Assembly: GCF_963921235.1 (NCBI RefSeq)
Contig: NC_086097.1
Location: 117,678,001 to 117,742,000, forward strand
Direction of reading: 5' to 3'
Source of the DNA: Mobula hypostoma
Taxonomy: Eukaryota
Length of the DNA: 64,000 nucleotides
Shown one piece after another: positions 1 through 13,369 of the stretch. The translations under genes and the position numbers were made by a program. Each line of letters begins with the position of its first letter. Position 1 is the stretch's first letter. The notes under the pieces were generated by a model. The model was not told the origin of the DNA. It worked only from the letters and a program-made list of their open reading frames with translations, and made no database searches.

Positions 1-444
1 GAGCGACCCTAAGGGTGGCCAGAGGGGCTACAAAAGAAAAAAAGAATTAAAAATTAAGACAAAAGACCAACACTCGATGCACAAGAAAGCAAATCATGCA
101 AACAATTGAAGCAAACAACAGCATTCCGAACCAAAACTGAGTTCTGAGATCCAAACCTTGGAGCAGTCTCACTTACGAGTTCATTGTATTAGTGGGCACA
201 GAGCACAGCAGCAGGGGTAGTCTTCATAGCCAGATCTCCATGGAGATGACCATCGTGGAGAACGAGCAAAATCAGCTCTCATCCTGACTGATACCCTGTC
301 TTTTCAGCCTACCTGGGCCGGCATTTAAATTGACCCAACAACGGGACTGCAAGAGGCTCCATGCCCTGGAATGAGGAGTAGAGATTGTGGAGAGCGAGCA
401 AAATCAGTTCTTCCCTCCAATCTGGGCTAGCATTTAAATTGAGA

Positions 445-740
445 AGAGGGATGTCCTGTTTGATGGGGGTCCCTAAAGATGGATGCCTCCTTCTGGCAGC
501 ATCACCTCTTGAAGATGTCCTGAATGCTGAGAAGGCTCATGTCCACGATGGAGCTGGCTAAGCTCACAACCCTCTGCAGCTTTTTCTGATGCTATGCAGT
601 GGCTCTGCCAGACCAGATGATAATGCATCCAGTTGGAATGCTCTCCACGGTACCTCTGTAAGACATTTGCTAGTCTTTGAGGACATTCCAAAATCTCCTC
701 AAACTCCGAATGAAATATAGCCACTGATGTGTTTTCTTTG
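445..740 (-). mobile_element. Rex1/Babar-like LINE, decayed C-terminal ORF2 fragment
   Basis: Minus-strand translation across frames reads ~KKTHQWLYFIRSLRRF...YRGTVESIPTGCIIIW...KKLQRVVSLASSI...IQDIFKR.C.QKEASIFRDP, the conserved post-RT domain of Rex1/Babar LINEs; contains stops and frameshifts. Confidence 0.75.
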
Positions 741-1062
741 TAACAACATTTGAGATTATTGCTGTCAGTTGAAGAGCGCTTCTTATTTCTTTTGAATTTT
801 ATGTCATTATATTGAGAATTACTGAAATAAATATACAGAACAGAAGACAGGGTTGTAGAAAGGAGAAGGTCCATCAACACGTCATTTGGATCATTGCTGT
901 ACTATATGTCGACATAGCTGAATACAATTAAATGCTTGATGCTGGTAGTGCTGACCTAAGAGAACATGCTGATGTTAGCTTGCTTATCGTGTCATGTTAG
1001 TGGATTTGGTGGATTGTGTGGCAGCCAAATATATGATACCTCTCAGTGCATTGAAATGTTTG

Positions 1063-1797
1063 AGGGATGGTACAGGTAGAGGCATGATCAGGTCCTGAAG
1101 ACCATCGCTGAAGCCGTCAGCGCAGGAGTTGAGTGGGCGAAGCGGTCCTGACCCTCCAAGCAGACCATTGCCTTTGTCAGAGCTGGGGAGCAGCCAATAC
1201 CTGCCAAAAGAACATCTGCAGGCATTCTGACCTCTGCAAGGGACTGGCAGCTGTTGGTGGACCTCAAAGGGCAGCTGAAGTTCCTCAACCATATCGCAGC
1301 CACCACCCTGCGACCAGACATTGTCCTAGTGTCTGAGTCTACTAAGCAAGTGGTGCTGCTGGAGCTGACAGTCCCATGGGAAGATAGCTTGGAAGAGGCC
1401 TTTGAAAGGAAGCTCTCCAAGTACGCAGGACTGGTCAGTAACTGTCAGCAGGCTGGATGGAGAGCGAGGTGTCTCCCAGTGGAGGTTGGTTGTAGGGGAT
1501 TCGTAGCCCGTTCTTTAGTTAGAGCCTTCAGCATTTTGGGCATCGAGGGAGAGAGGAAGAGGAGAGCCATCCGCAGTACCACTGATGCGGCAGATGGCCT
1601 CAAGATGGCTGTGGCTCAAAAGAGGGGAGCAATGGAGTCATAAGTAGCTAGCCATCTGGACAGAAGCTAGGGTCTGATCAGCCCTGGCTGGGTCACCTGG
1701 AGGAGGATGTCTGATGTTGAAAGACCCAAAACACCCGATGATTCCAGGAACATCACTGAAGATGTGTCCAGAAGCATCAATAGATGTGTGTACACAG
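1063..1797 (+). mobile_element. HERO-like (R2-superfamily, restriction-like endonuclease) non-LTR retrotransposon, 5'-truncated
   Basis: WYR.RHDQVLKTIAEA motif, then RPDIVL...LLELTVPWE...ERKLSKY...PVEVGCRGF (RLE PD-(D/E)xK-type domain; ORF 1254-1643), followed by a 3' UTR. Closely similar second copy at 51529-52812. Confidence 0.85.
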
Positions 1798-2719
1798 CTA
1801 GATAGACCATGTGGAGGATGAGGGTCATGGCTCACTTGTTGACCATCAGCTTTCTGCTGGGTTTGCGATTTTGATTGTCTGATTTAGGGAAAAATATTTT
1901 GCCCTTTGGGAGAAGGGCTGCAGCAATATGCCAGTCCTTCCATCTTCTCTGTAAATCTGTTAGCACAGCTGCATTGGGTGGCAGTATATTTTTTCTCCCT
2001 GTCTGCTGTTCCAGAACTTTATTGTACATAAACAGGCCTCAGGGCAATAGTAATAATAGTGCATTCACTCAAGGAAAGTAATATTTTGTCCTAAAGGGTT
2101 TCCTACCAGTGGGTCTTTATGTGATCTGGGGTCACGTAATTTGCTTAATGGAGAAAGACTGTGTGTAACTTTGATTAATGTGGGGAAGCTGATGGATGGG
2201 CAGCCACTACATGGTCCATACAGATCAGGTCCAGGGTCCAGTGGCAACTGGAGAACCTTCACCGCTGTAGCCTTCCTCCACCTTCACCATCGTCATCTGT
2301 CATTGTCTTCCATCATCTCCTGTGACTGCTGTTCCTGATGATCCAGTCTCAGTTAATTTTCCAAATATACCTACTAAGCCCTGATGCGTTGGAGGCCTGC
2401 TCCCGTGGCAAAGTAATCTCAAATGTTTGTTTCTTATATCACCGCTATTGTGCAGTATTTCTCGTGTAACAAACGAAGGCTCTAGAGATGGGTAAAGGAT
2501 GGTGGAGATAGGTACATGGTAAGCCCCACTGCCCTCTGAGCCATGGATAATCATTGGTCTTCCTTCCATTTTCTATCAAATCTCAGAACTCTTTATTTAC
2601 TTTACTCCCACAAGAGAAAAAAATACCCAACTATATTTGCCTTGAGAAAACATGAACTAATACTGCTAAGATGTTAAAAATTATGATTTTGTAGATCATC
2701 AGCTTTTACTCACTGTCAA

Positions 2720-2940
2720 ATCCAGGTTGTGTCACAATGAGGCCACCTCAGCGTGAAGGAACAACACCTTATATTCCATCTGGATAGCCTCCAACCTGAT
2801 GGCATGAATATTGATTTCTCCTTCTAGAAAAAAATCCCCCCTTCCCTTTCTTCTATTCCCTACTATGACCTCTTATCTTTCCTCACCTGCCTATCAATTC
2901 TCCCTGGGTCTCCTCCTCTTTCCCTTTCTCCTGTGGTCCA
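2720..2940 (+). mobile_element. Penelope-like element 3' fragment
   Basis: Matches the PLE at 50880-51120 (caacaccttatattccatctggatagcctccaacctgatggcatgaa..., then a pyrimidine-rich tract). Confidence 0.7.
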
Positions 2941-3010
2941 CAAGTTCATTGGCTATTTCATTTGCTTCAAAATATTGCTCAATTTGTTCAGTATACATCA
3001 TCCAGTTATC

Positions 3011-6000
3011 TAGAAACAGAGAGAAACATAGAAAACCTACAGCACAATATAGGCCCTTCGGACCTACAAATCTGTACCAAACATGTCCTTACCTTAGAAA
3101 TTACCTAGGGTTACACATAGCACTCCATTTTTCTAAGCTCCATGTACCTGTCCAGGAGTCTCTTAATAGACCCTGTCGTATTCACCTCCACCACCGCAGC
3201 CGGCAGCCCATTCCACCCACTCACCATCCTCAGCGTTAAAAACTTACCCCTGAAATCTCCTCTGTACCTACTTCCAAGCACCTTAAAACTGTGCCCTCTT
3301 GTGCTAGCCATTTTAGCCCTAGGAAAAAGCCTGACCCCATCCACACGATCGATGCATGTCATCATCTTATACACCTCTATCAGGTCACCTCTCATCCTCT
3401 GTTGCTCCAAGGAGAAAAGGCCGAGTTCACTCAACTTATTCTCATAAGGCATGCTCCCCTATCCAGGCAACATTCTTGTAAATCTCCTCTGCACCCTTTC
3501 TATGGTTTCAACGCACTTCCTGTAATGAGGCAACCAGAATTGGGCACAGCACTCCAAGTGGGGTCTGACCAGGGTCCTAAATAGTTGTAACATTACCTCT
3601 CGGCTCTTAACTCAATCCCATGATTGATGAAGGCCAAAGCACCGTATGCCTTCTCAACCACAGAGTCAACCTGCGTAGCAGGTTTGAGTGTCCTATGGAC
3701 ACGGACCCCAAGGTCCCTCTGATCCTCCACACTGCCAAGTCTTACCATTAATGCTATTTTCTGTTATTATACTTGACCTACCAAAATGAACCACCTCACA
3801 CTTATTTGGGTTCAACTCCATCTGCCACTTCTCTGTCCAGTCTTGCATCCTATCAATGTCCTGCAGTAACCTCTGGCAACCCTTCACACTATCCACAACA
3901 CTGCCAACCTTTGTGTCATGAGCAAATTTACAACCCATCCCTCCACTTCCTCATCCAGGTCATTCATAAAAATTACGAAGAGTAAGGGTCCCAGAATGGA
4001 TCTCTGAGGCACAACACTGGTCACCGACCTCCATGCAGAATATGAACTGAATTTACTCTCTGTGGGCAAGCCAATTCTGGATCCACAAAGCAATGTCCCC
4101 TCGGATCCCATGCCTCCTTACTTTCTCAATAAGCCTTGCATGGGGTAGCTTATTAAATGCCTTGCTGAAATCCATATGCACTACATCTGTGCTCTACCTT
4201 CATCGATGTGTTTAATCATATCCTCAAAAAATTCATTCAGGTTCATAAGGCATGACCTGCCTTTGACAAAGCCATGCTGACTATTCCTAATCATATTATG
4301 CCTCTCCAAATGTTCATAAATCCTGCCTCTCAGGATCTTCTCCATCAACTTACCAACCACTGAAGTAAGACTCACTGTTCAATAATTTCCTGGGCTATCT
4401 CTAGTCCCTTTCTTGAATAAGGGAACAACATCTGCAACCCTCCAATCCTCTGGTGCCTCTCCTGTCCTCATTGATGATGCAAAGATCATCGCCAGAGACT
4501 CAGCAATCTCCTCCCTCACTCCCACAGTAACCTGGGGAAGATCCGGTCCGCTTCTGGTGATTTATCCACCTTGATGCTTTCCAAAAGCTCCAGAACATCC
4601 CTTCCTTAATATCTACATGCTCAAGCTTTTCAGTCCACTATAAGTCATCCCTACAATCGCCAAGATCCTTTTCCGTAGTGAATACCGGAGCAACGTATTC
4701 ATTAAGTACTTCTGCTATCTCCTCCGGTTCCATACACAGTTTTCTACTTTCACACTTGATTGGTCCTATTCGTTCATGACTTATCCTCTTGCTCTTCGCG
4801 TACTTATAGAATGCCTTCGAGTTTTCTTTAATCCTGTCTGCTAAAGCCTTCTCATGGCCCCTTCTGGCTCTCCTAATTTCATTCTTAAACTCCTTCCTGC
4901 TAGCCCTATAATCTTCTAGATCTCAATCATTACCTAGCTTTTTGAACCTTTTGTCAGCTCTTCTTTTCTTCTTGACTAGATTTACAATAGCCTTTGTACA
5001 CCACGGTTCCTGTACCCTGCCATCCTTTCCCTCTCTCATTGGAATGTACCGAGCAGAACCCCATGCAAATATCCCCTGAATATTTGCCACATTTCTTCTG
5101 TACGTTTCCCTGAGAATATCTGTTTCTAATTTATGCTTCCAAATTCCTTCCTGATAGCCTTATATTTCACCTTAATCCAATTAAATGCTTCCCTAACTTG
5201 TCTGTTCCTATCCCTCTCCAATGCTACAATTAAGGATATAGAATTATGATCACTATCTCCAAAATGCTGTCCTGCTGAGAGACCTGACACCTGACCAGGT
5301 TCACTTCCCAATACCAGATCAAGTACAGCCTCTCCTCTTGTAGGCTTATCTACATATTGTGTCAAGAAACCTTCCTGAACACACCTAACAAACTCCACCC
5401 CATCTAAACCACTCACTCTAGGGAAATGTTAATCAATATTTGGGAAATTAACATCTCCCATCACAACAACCCTTTTATTATTACTCCTTTCCAGAATCTG
5501 TCTCCCTATCTGCTCCTCGATGTACCTGTTACTATTGGGTGGTCTATAAAAAAACACCCAGTAGAGTTATCGACCTCTTCCTATTTCTAACTTCCAACCA
5601 CAGAGATTCCGTAGACAACCCCTCCATGACTTCCACCTTTTCTGCAGCCATGACACTATCTCTGATCAACAGTACCACAACCCCACCTCTTTTGCCTCCA
5701 TCCCTGTCCTTTCTGAAACATCTAAGGCCTGGCACTTGAAGTAACCATCCCAGCCCCTGCACCATCCAAGTCTCTGTAATGGCCATAACATCATAGCTCC
5801 AAGTGCTGATCCACATTTTAAGCTCATCTGCTTTGTTCATAATACTCATTGCATTAAAATAGACACACCTCAAACCATTGGTCTGAGCATGTCCCTTCCC
5901 TATCACCTGCCAATCCTTCCTCTCGCACTGTCTCCAAATTTTCTCTATTTATGAGCCTACCACCCCTTCCTCCATCACTTCGGTTCGGTTCCCACCCCTC

Positions 6001-7165
6001 AGCAATTCTGGCTTAAATTCTCCCCAGTAGCCTTTGTAAACCTCCCCACCAGGATATTTGGCCCCCTGAGATTCAAGTGCAACCTGTCCTTTCTGTACAG
6101 GTCAGTCCTGCCCCAAAAGAGGTGCCAAAGATCCAGAAATCTGAATCCCTGCCCTCTGCTCTAGTCTCTCAGCCACACATTTATCCTCTACCTCATTCTA
6201 TTCCTCTTTTCACTGACACGTGGCACAGGCAGTAATCCCGAGATGACTACCTTTGAGGTCCTGCTTCTCACCTTCCTTCCTAATTCCCTGTAGTCTGCTT
6301 TCAGGACCTCCTCCTTTTTCCTATCTATGTCGTCGGTACCAATATGTACCACGACCTCTGGCTGTCCTCCTTCCCACTTCAGAATATTGTGGACACGATC
6401 AGAAACATCCCAGACCCTGGCACCTGGGAGGGAAACTACCATCCACATTTCTTTGGTGCCTCCATATTATCGTCTGTCTGACCCACTAGCTATAGAGTCT
6501 TCTATCACTGCTGCCTTCCTCTTCCTTTCCCTACCCTTCTGAATCACAGGGCCAGACTCTGTGCCAGAGGTGCGACCACTGTTGCTTCCTCCAGGTAGGC
6601 CATCCCCCCAACAGTACTCAAACAGGAGTACTTATTGTAAAGGGGTACAGCCACTGGGTTACTCTCTAGCATCTGCCTCTTGCCCTTCCCTTTGGTGACT
6701 GTTACCCACAAATCTGTCTCCCCAGGCCTCGGTGTGACTCCTTGCCTGTAGCTCCTCTCTATCACCTCCTCACTCTCCCTGACCAGATGAAGGTCATTGA
6801 GCTGCAGCTCCAGTTCCCTAACACGGTCCCTAAGGAGCTGCGGCTCGATGCACCTGGCGCAGATGTGGCTGTCCAGGAGGCTAGGAGTCTCCAGGACCTC
6901 CTACATCTGACACCAAGCACAGAACACCGGCCTCACACACATTCTTCCTGTCTGTATTCTACAGAAGTAACATACCTCGCCTCGATCCGTTATCGCTGAA
7001 GCCCCACTGAGCCAAAGCCTTTCTACTCTGTCTCCCTCTACTCCGTCGCCCATTCCTCTGACACCCTCTGTTTAAGGTGTCTCCTTTTAAACTCTTCTCG
7101 CTGTTCTCACTGGCTGACCTCCACGCGCCTACGCAGTCGTGCCGTGATCAAACCACTGAAGAAAT
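3011..7165 (-). mobile_element. Near full-length CR1 LINE, decayed: ORF1 (zinc finger + SGNH esterase) and ORF2 (APE endonuclease + RT)
   Basis: ORF1 CAWCQ..ICARC near 6850-6945; esterase LPGARV.DV...VVVHIGTDD (6188-6448); APE YFNA.SI.NK.DEL...ITETW (5544-5906) and LDLVLG...SDHN (5126-5416); RT SLTSVVGKLMEKI...[31 protein letters not shown]; (TAGAAACA)-type 8-mer tail at 3011-3035. Many stops and frameshifts. Confidence 0.93.
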
Positions 7166-7422
7166 AACCCGTTGTGCAAGCCAACACATCTGTTGTGCAA
7201 TCAAACATATCTGTCTTTCTGACATTGCCAGACATTTCTGCTTTTTTTTAGAATTATTATTATTATCACCTGGTACTCACTTTTTATGAACCCAAGAATT
7301 CTGTCAATTTTCTGCCATTTTTTTAAGTCAAACTTCTCTTTCTCCTAAAAAAAAAACAGGCTTTTTGCTTCAACTGGTAGGTAGTCATCTTGGGTTTGTT
7401 TGAAAAGCTCCTTGTTACCAGT

Positions 7423-7641
7423 GTTATGATTTGTAACTCCAGAAGCTAGTTGAAACAGAAGCACAGAAGCACAAGGATAGTTTTGTGCTTGGTTTTACTT
7501 TAGTGAGGCACACAGTGGTGGCATGATGATGTTTGTCATTCACGTACTTTCACTAATAACTCATAATGAATTACGTAAGCAAACAAGAATGCAATCAAAT
7601 AATATATTTATGATACTACTCGAATATTCCTCAAACATTAC
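7423..7641. mobile_element. Possible short solo LTR
   Basis: Starts TGTTA, ends TTACA, LTR-like composition; no clean TSD seen. Confidence 0.3.
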
Positions 7642-7769
7642 AGTAAATACCTACGAAACATCCCCTATAGCTTCCCCTGGTCAAATCATGCAGACATCAA
7701 AGCCAAAAAAGCTCACCAATGTCTCTGCGTCCTCAGTAGGTGAAAGAAATATGACATGTCAACATTGGC

Positions 7770-8150
7770 ACTTATCACTTTATGAACAGTCCTGACTGGA
7801 CGCAAGATGGCTTGGTATGGCAACTGCTCTGCATGTGACTGCAGAGAGATGTGGACGCAGCACATCACAGAGGCCAACCTGCCCTCCGTGGACTCTATCT
7901 ATATTGCTCGCTGCCTCAGCAAAGCAGCCAGCATAACCGAAGACTCCACCCACCCTGGACATTCTTTCCCATCCCCATCCCCATCCCCATCCTTCCACTG
8001 GGCAATATGCTGCCATGCTCAAGGACAGAATTTATAAATAGCTGTGTAGAGCAATAAATTGGACTCTGTACCTGTAATCGATTTCATAATGATCTTGCGC
8101 CTTATTGTTTAACTGCACTGCACTTTCTCTGTAGCTGCCACATTCTATTT
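7770..8150 (+). mobile_element. Rex1/Babar-like LINE 3' fragment
   Basis: AWYGNCSA...QHITEANLPSVDSIYIARCLSKAASITEDSTHPGHS (ORF 7807-8037), then 3' UTR. Confidence 0.75.
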
Positions 8151-8994
8151 TCTTTTCTTTTGTAATTTTTTTTATTGAATTTCATCATCAAACATTTCCA
8201 TAAGATGTATTTCAGATACTGTACATATATATCATATAATCATATTTGTCACAAATCTCCACATAATATTTATCTGAGGTATACACTTACAGAAAGGAGA
8301 GGAAAGAAAGAACAATCGAAAGAAGAAAACTACGTACGGAGTAGGGAGTGATCTTTTTCTTTGCAACATATTCATTGACTTGTGAGAATAAAATCTATGA
8401 GGTGTTATGTAAACCATTAGTTAAGCCATTTTTTTCAGTATGAATAAAATTGTTCCAACTTCAATTGTTTTTGTTTTACATTGTTCTACCGCAATGCACT
8501 GTGTAATGATCTGATCGGTATGAGCAGTATGCAAGGCAAGCTTTCACTCTGTCTTTGTACACGTAACAATAATAAACCAGTGTTAATTTCAATAGTCATA
8601 ACAATGTGTATGGACAAAGAGGCCAGTTGAGTACAGGCAGAGAGAGGAGGATTGTCCATAGATCAGTCGGATGGGCAATAAAGAGTGAGTGCGAATTGGG
8701 CCATACAGGACCAGAGGGATGTGTGCCATGCATAATCTCAGAGAAGTAGGCCGCTGTGGCTAGGGAGACATGAGTAATGCATTCCAGATTAGAATGGGTA
8801 GCGTGTAGCTAGAGTGAGGTGACTAATGCAGAGGCAGAGGCAGGTGCATTTGGTATAGAAGGAGATAGGTGATAAGCGCAAAATGCATTGTGAAAGGTCA
8901 CCTCAATATCTGACCAAATAGCATTCAATTAAAAAGTGACATTACCATGATTTCACAAATAGATCCTTTGATGATTCAAACGTATTATACACCA

Positions 8995-9520
8995 ACACAC
9001 ACAAAATGCTGCAGGAACTCAGCAGGTATGGAAGTGAATAAGCAGATGATCTTTCTGGCTGAGACCCTTCTTCAGGATTGAATTGGAAGGGTGAAGAAAC
9101 AAGAAGAAAAAGGTTGGGGGAAAAGGGGATATCTAGAAGGTGATAGGTGGAGCCAAAGTGCGTGGGAGAAGGACTGGAGAAGGAATCTGATAGGAAAAGA
9201 GAGTGGACAATAAGAAAAAGGGAAGGAAGAGGGAACCCACAGGGAAATGATAGGCAGCGGAGAAAAGGTAAAAGGCCAGAGTGGGGAATAGAAGAAGAGG
9301 GGAGGGCGAGGGAATTTTTTTAACTGGAAGGAAAAATCAATGTTCATACCATCAGGTTGAAGGCTACCCAGATGAAATATCAGGTGTTGCTCCTCCATGC
9401 TGAAGATGGCCTCATCATGGCACAAGAGGAGGCCATGGACTGATATGTCAGAATGAGAATGAGAATCAGAATTAAAATATTTGGCCATCGTGAAGTACCA
9501 CTTTTGGCAGATGGAGCAGA
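8995..9520 (-). mobile_element. Penelope-like element 3' part
   Basis: YFNSDSHSHSDISVHGLLLCHDEA...EEQHLIFHLGSLQPDGMNIDFS (C-terminal part of the GIY-YIG region; ORF 9072-9536), plus the PLE 3' terminal sequence with a decayed hammerhead motif near 9045-9078. Confidence 0.8.
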
Positions 9521-9539
9521 AGTGCCCTAAGATCATGGC

Positions 9540-11302
9540 GCATAGAATGACACTGCACAGGAGTAGGGCTTTTGGTCCACAATGTCTGTACTGAGCATGA
9601 AGCTAAATTAAATTATTTGCTTTTGCCTGCACATATTCCTCCATTCCCTGCATATCTTCATGACTCTCTTAAAGCCCCTTGAGAACCTTGATCATATCTA
9701 TTCCACTAGCACCCCTGACAGTGTGTTTCAGATACCTACAATTCTCTGTGTAATAACATGCCTCACAAATCTCATTTAATCTTTTCCAGTCTCATCTTAA
9801 CTCTATGTTCTCTAGTACTTGGCAGTTCTACCCTGGGAAGGAATTTTTGGCTAACTACCCTAAATCATCTCAAGATCTTATAAACTTCTTTCACATCTGT
9901 GTTCAGGCTCTGACACTCCAGTGGAAGCAATCAAGTTTGTCTGACTTTTCCTTATGGCTAAAACCCTCTAACCCAGGCAGCATCCTGCTAAATCTCTGCT
10001 GAAGCCTCCAGACCCTTTCTGTAATGAGAAAACCAGAACTGCACGCAGCACTCCAAGTGTGACCTGATCAAAGTTTCATACAACTGTATCACGACTCTTG
10101 ACTTTTCTTCTCTGTATTGTCTGCAATAAAGACAAGTAGCCCTGTATGTCTTCTTTATCACTAGAGATACTTGCATTGCCGCTTTCAGGGATGTATGGAC
10201 CTGGACCCCAAGATCCCTCTATATATCAGTTTTGTTAGATGTCCTGCCATTAGCTGTATACTTTGCACGTATACTTTACCTCACAAATTGCAAGACAATA
10301 CATTTGCCCAGATTGAATTCCATCTACCATTTATTTCCCAATAACTGTAACTGAATAATCTTCTACATAACAATCTTCTACATTGTCCTGAACTTCACCA
10401 ATTTCTGTCTGTCTAGATATAGATACAGATATATGTCACAAGCAACAGAAATCCAGCATTGATTGCTGTTGAGCATCACTGGTCACAGACCTCCAGCCAA
10501 AATAAGAAACCCTTCTTCCTTTATCTTCTGCATTCTATTGGAAAACCAATTCTGAGTACAAACTATCAAGTCACTATGAATCCCATGCAGCTTGACTTTC
10601 CTGATCAACCTATCATGAGGGACTTTGTCAAGCAGCTTACTAAAGTTCATTCACTACCCTATCCTCTTCAATCAGCTTGGTAACTTCCTCAAAGAAACTT
10701 AGTCAAGTTCACACGACATGACCCAACCTACAGTAAGTCATGTTGACTGTCTCTAATTAGCCAATTTACTTCCAAATGTGAGTAAAACCTATCCCTACCA
10801 CCGATGTAAGGCTTCGTGGTCGATAATTTCATGATTATCCCTATTGCCCTTCTTAAACAAAGGGGCAATGTTGGCTACTCTTCAATCCTCCAGAATATCA
10901 ACTGTGGTTAGAGATATACAAAGGATAGCATGGTTGCATAGCCATCAGCATAACATTATTACAGTACCGATGATCGAGGGTTCAATTCCAGTGCTGCCCG
11001 TAAGGAGTTTGTAAGTTCTCCCTGTGACCCTGTGGGTTTCCTCTCCAGTTTTCTTCCACATTCCAAAGACACACAGTTAGGGTTAGGATTAGTGAATTGT
11101 GGGCATGCTATGTTGGCGCAGGAAGCAGATTGACACTTAAGACAAAGTCGTGTGGGCTAGTGGGTTAAGTGGTCACATGGTGCAATTGGACAGCATGGGC
11201 TCATTGGGCTGTAAGGGCCTGTTACTGTCCTGTATCCTTAAATAACTAACTAAGACATCTTCATCAAAGCCTCAGCAATTTCCTAACTTGCATCTCTCAA
11301 TG
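9540..11302 (-). mobile_element. Old decayed CR1 ORF2/3' fragment, interrupted by a V-SINE
   Basis: QLYETLIRSHLECCVQFW.SHYRK (ORF 9988-10176) and CR1 3' end at 9540-9600; CR1-like sequence resumes at ~11259 after the SINE. Confidence 0.75.
10927..11250 (+). mobile_element. tRNA-derived V-SINE (HE1-like)
   Basis: B-box-like gggttcaattcc, V-domain-like ggagtttgta.gttctccc.gtgacc..gtgggtttcct...ttccacattccaaagac, and CR1-like 3' tail aagggcctgttactgt..tgtat. Confidence 0.8.
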
Positions 11303-11779
11303 AGTTCTTTAACAGTTTACTTCCACCAATGTGGTCATCACTTATTAACTTTGGCATGAGATCTATTGTTGGGAACAAGCGTCCCAGAAATCTGTTGTTT
11401 TCTTCAAGATCTCCTGGTGCTAGATCATTTATTATTTAGGCTGTAACTAATCAGTTGGAGTGCCAATGTTCCATTTCCTTTGTCAGGACTATCTTGTTCC
11501 ATCATATGGTCATGATTCAAAATATGAATCATGCATGATGCAGTTTCAGCACAAATTTGAAGTTGTCAGCTAAATGGTACTCTGAAGCATTGGTCCCTGA
11601 TGAAATGTAAAATTGAGCAGATCTTAACTGTGTCATTCTTTGCAGCTACAGAGCAATATGGCAAACTCAGTATAATCAAAGCTAAGCCAAACTCTTTCTT
11701 TATATAGTATTTGACAAAGCTGAACTGTGTATGGTTTTGGCTATCATATTATAGAAAAACAGTTGCATGGCAGGGTGGT

Positions 11780-12135
11780 GTTATGTCTCTATGAAGGGTG
11801 TGTAAGGTGCTCCTTCCCTCCACTATCCTGCAGGTCACCCTTGGGCAAGGTGTAGCACCTGCTTAGCCCCCCAATCGGGGTCCTGTGAAGCAATGGCGGC
11901 CTGTGGTAGATGATTGTATGAGCAGTTGGTGCATATCAAAAGTCCTGGCAGACAATCTCTGAAGAGTGTTGATGGAAGCTGGGGTCACCAGTCTTGTAGA
12001 AACATTGCCCAGCAAAAGGCAATGAAAAACTAGATCTGTAGAAAAATTTGCCAAGAACAATCATGGACACGAGACCATGATCACCTACGTCATACGACAT
12101 AGCACATAATCATGATGATGATGATGATGATGATA
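11780..12135 (+). mobile_element. Non-autonomous RTE-related SINE-like element with (GAT)n tail
   Basis: aaggcaatg.aaaac...ctgtagaaaaatttgccaagaacaatcatggac resembles RTE/Bov-A-type sequence; ends in a GAT trinucleotide tail (12110-12134). Confidence 0.55.
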
Positions 12136-12339
12136 GATAAAGATACGGGTCAACAAGAAAGAGGGTGGAGAGAAGATTTATTAGCAGTAGAATTTAGGAG
12201 AATAAGCGTTATTTGAAACTATGAGTCATAGATATGGTGGTTGCCAGCAGTCTGTGGGAGTCCAAAACTAGAGCCCGTAGTTTGAGGGTGAGAAAGGAGA
12301 ATCTTTGCTCTGTCTGCCACAAAAGACAGGTTTTCCCAG

Positions 12340-12770
12340 TTTCACCCAATTTAATTCTACTTGCCATTCCCATGGCCTCCTCTGCTGCCAAGGTGAGGCT
12401 TCTGTTAGTTTGGAGGAGCAAGAACTCACATTTAGCCTCCAACCTGATGGACTTAATATTGATTTCTTTAACTTCTGGTAATTTCTCCCCTCCTCACCAT
12501 CCTTCTTTCTTTTTCCATGTCCCATTCTGGCTCCCCTCTTACCCTTTCTCTTCTCCTCACCTGCCCATCACTTCCCTTTAGTGCCTCTCATCCTTTGTCA
12601 GGTTTTTTATTTCTCCTCCCTTTACCTCTTCCACCTATTACCCCTCAGTTTTGCCTTTCCCCCATCCTTTTCAATCCTGATGAAGGATCTTTCTGAATTA
12701 TCGATTGTTCCTTTGTGTAAATGCTGCCTGACCTACTGAATTCCTCCAGAATTTGCAAGTGTTATTCAAG
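12340..12770 (+). mobile_element. Penelope-like element 3' part
   Basis: Similar to 50815-51350, including cctgatgaagg at ~12677 and atgctgcctgacct.ctga.ttcctccag. Confidence 0.7.
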
Positions 12771-12779
12771 ATTTAGAAG

Positions 12780-12930
12780 GGACACAATGGCAACATTTAC
12801 ATGCAGAATGAGATAAGAATATCAAATGAGCTGCCAGAGGAAATGGTTGATGTAGGTACAACAGTCATCGTGGACTGTTTGAGACAAAGGGCTACATCCG
12901 TGCTATATTGCTGTCTGACTATATGACTCT
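12780..12930 (+). mobile_element. CR1 extreme 3' fragment
   Basis: atgagctgccagaggaa.tggt.ga.g.aggtacaa... and ctatatgactcta tail; heavily decayed. Confidence 0.5.
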
Positions 12931-13369
12931 AAGTCTGAACCTGACATATAAATGTAAATGCATCTTGGATATTTTGCTACAGCAAATACTGGAATTCACT
13001 TCCTAAATCTAGCTCTCTCATCTCTCTTTGACTTCAAGACACTTCTTGGTTCGTGGCCAAATACATATTTTAGTTTCAAAATGTGTCTGAAATTGATGCT
13101 GTGAAGTACCACTTTGCTGTGTTTAATGTGCTATACATTACAAGTTGTTGTTTGCTTCAACTGATGTTGGTAAGAGAAAATCTCATCTTTTTCATTTCAA
13201 TCTCACTATCTATGTTGTTTAACCATTGTCCATCAAGTTCAAGGTCAAGTTTATTTTCATGTATACCACCAAATGAAACAGCATTCCTCCAGACCAAGGT
13301 ACACAACACAGTATATATAACTCTGGCACAACACATAAAGTAATATTACTACAAATAAATTGACAAATA

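Noticed and set aside
255..443. Internal duplication gagcaaaatcag.tct...gcatttaaattga (twice)
   Set aside because: Probably internal structure of a decayed repeat truncated by the window edge; cannot be assigned further.
10927..11000. tRNA genes at B-box-like motifs (also 16150 and 21950)
   Set aside because: These are SINE heads continuing into the V-domain; no complete cloverleaf.
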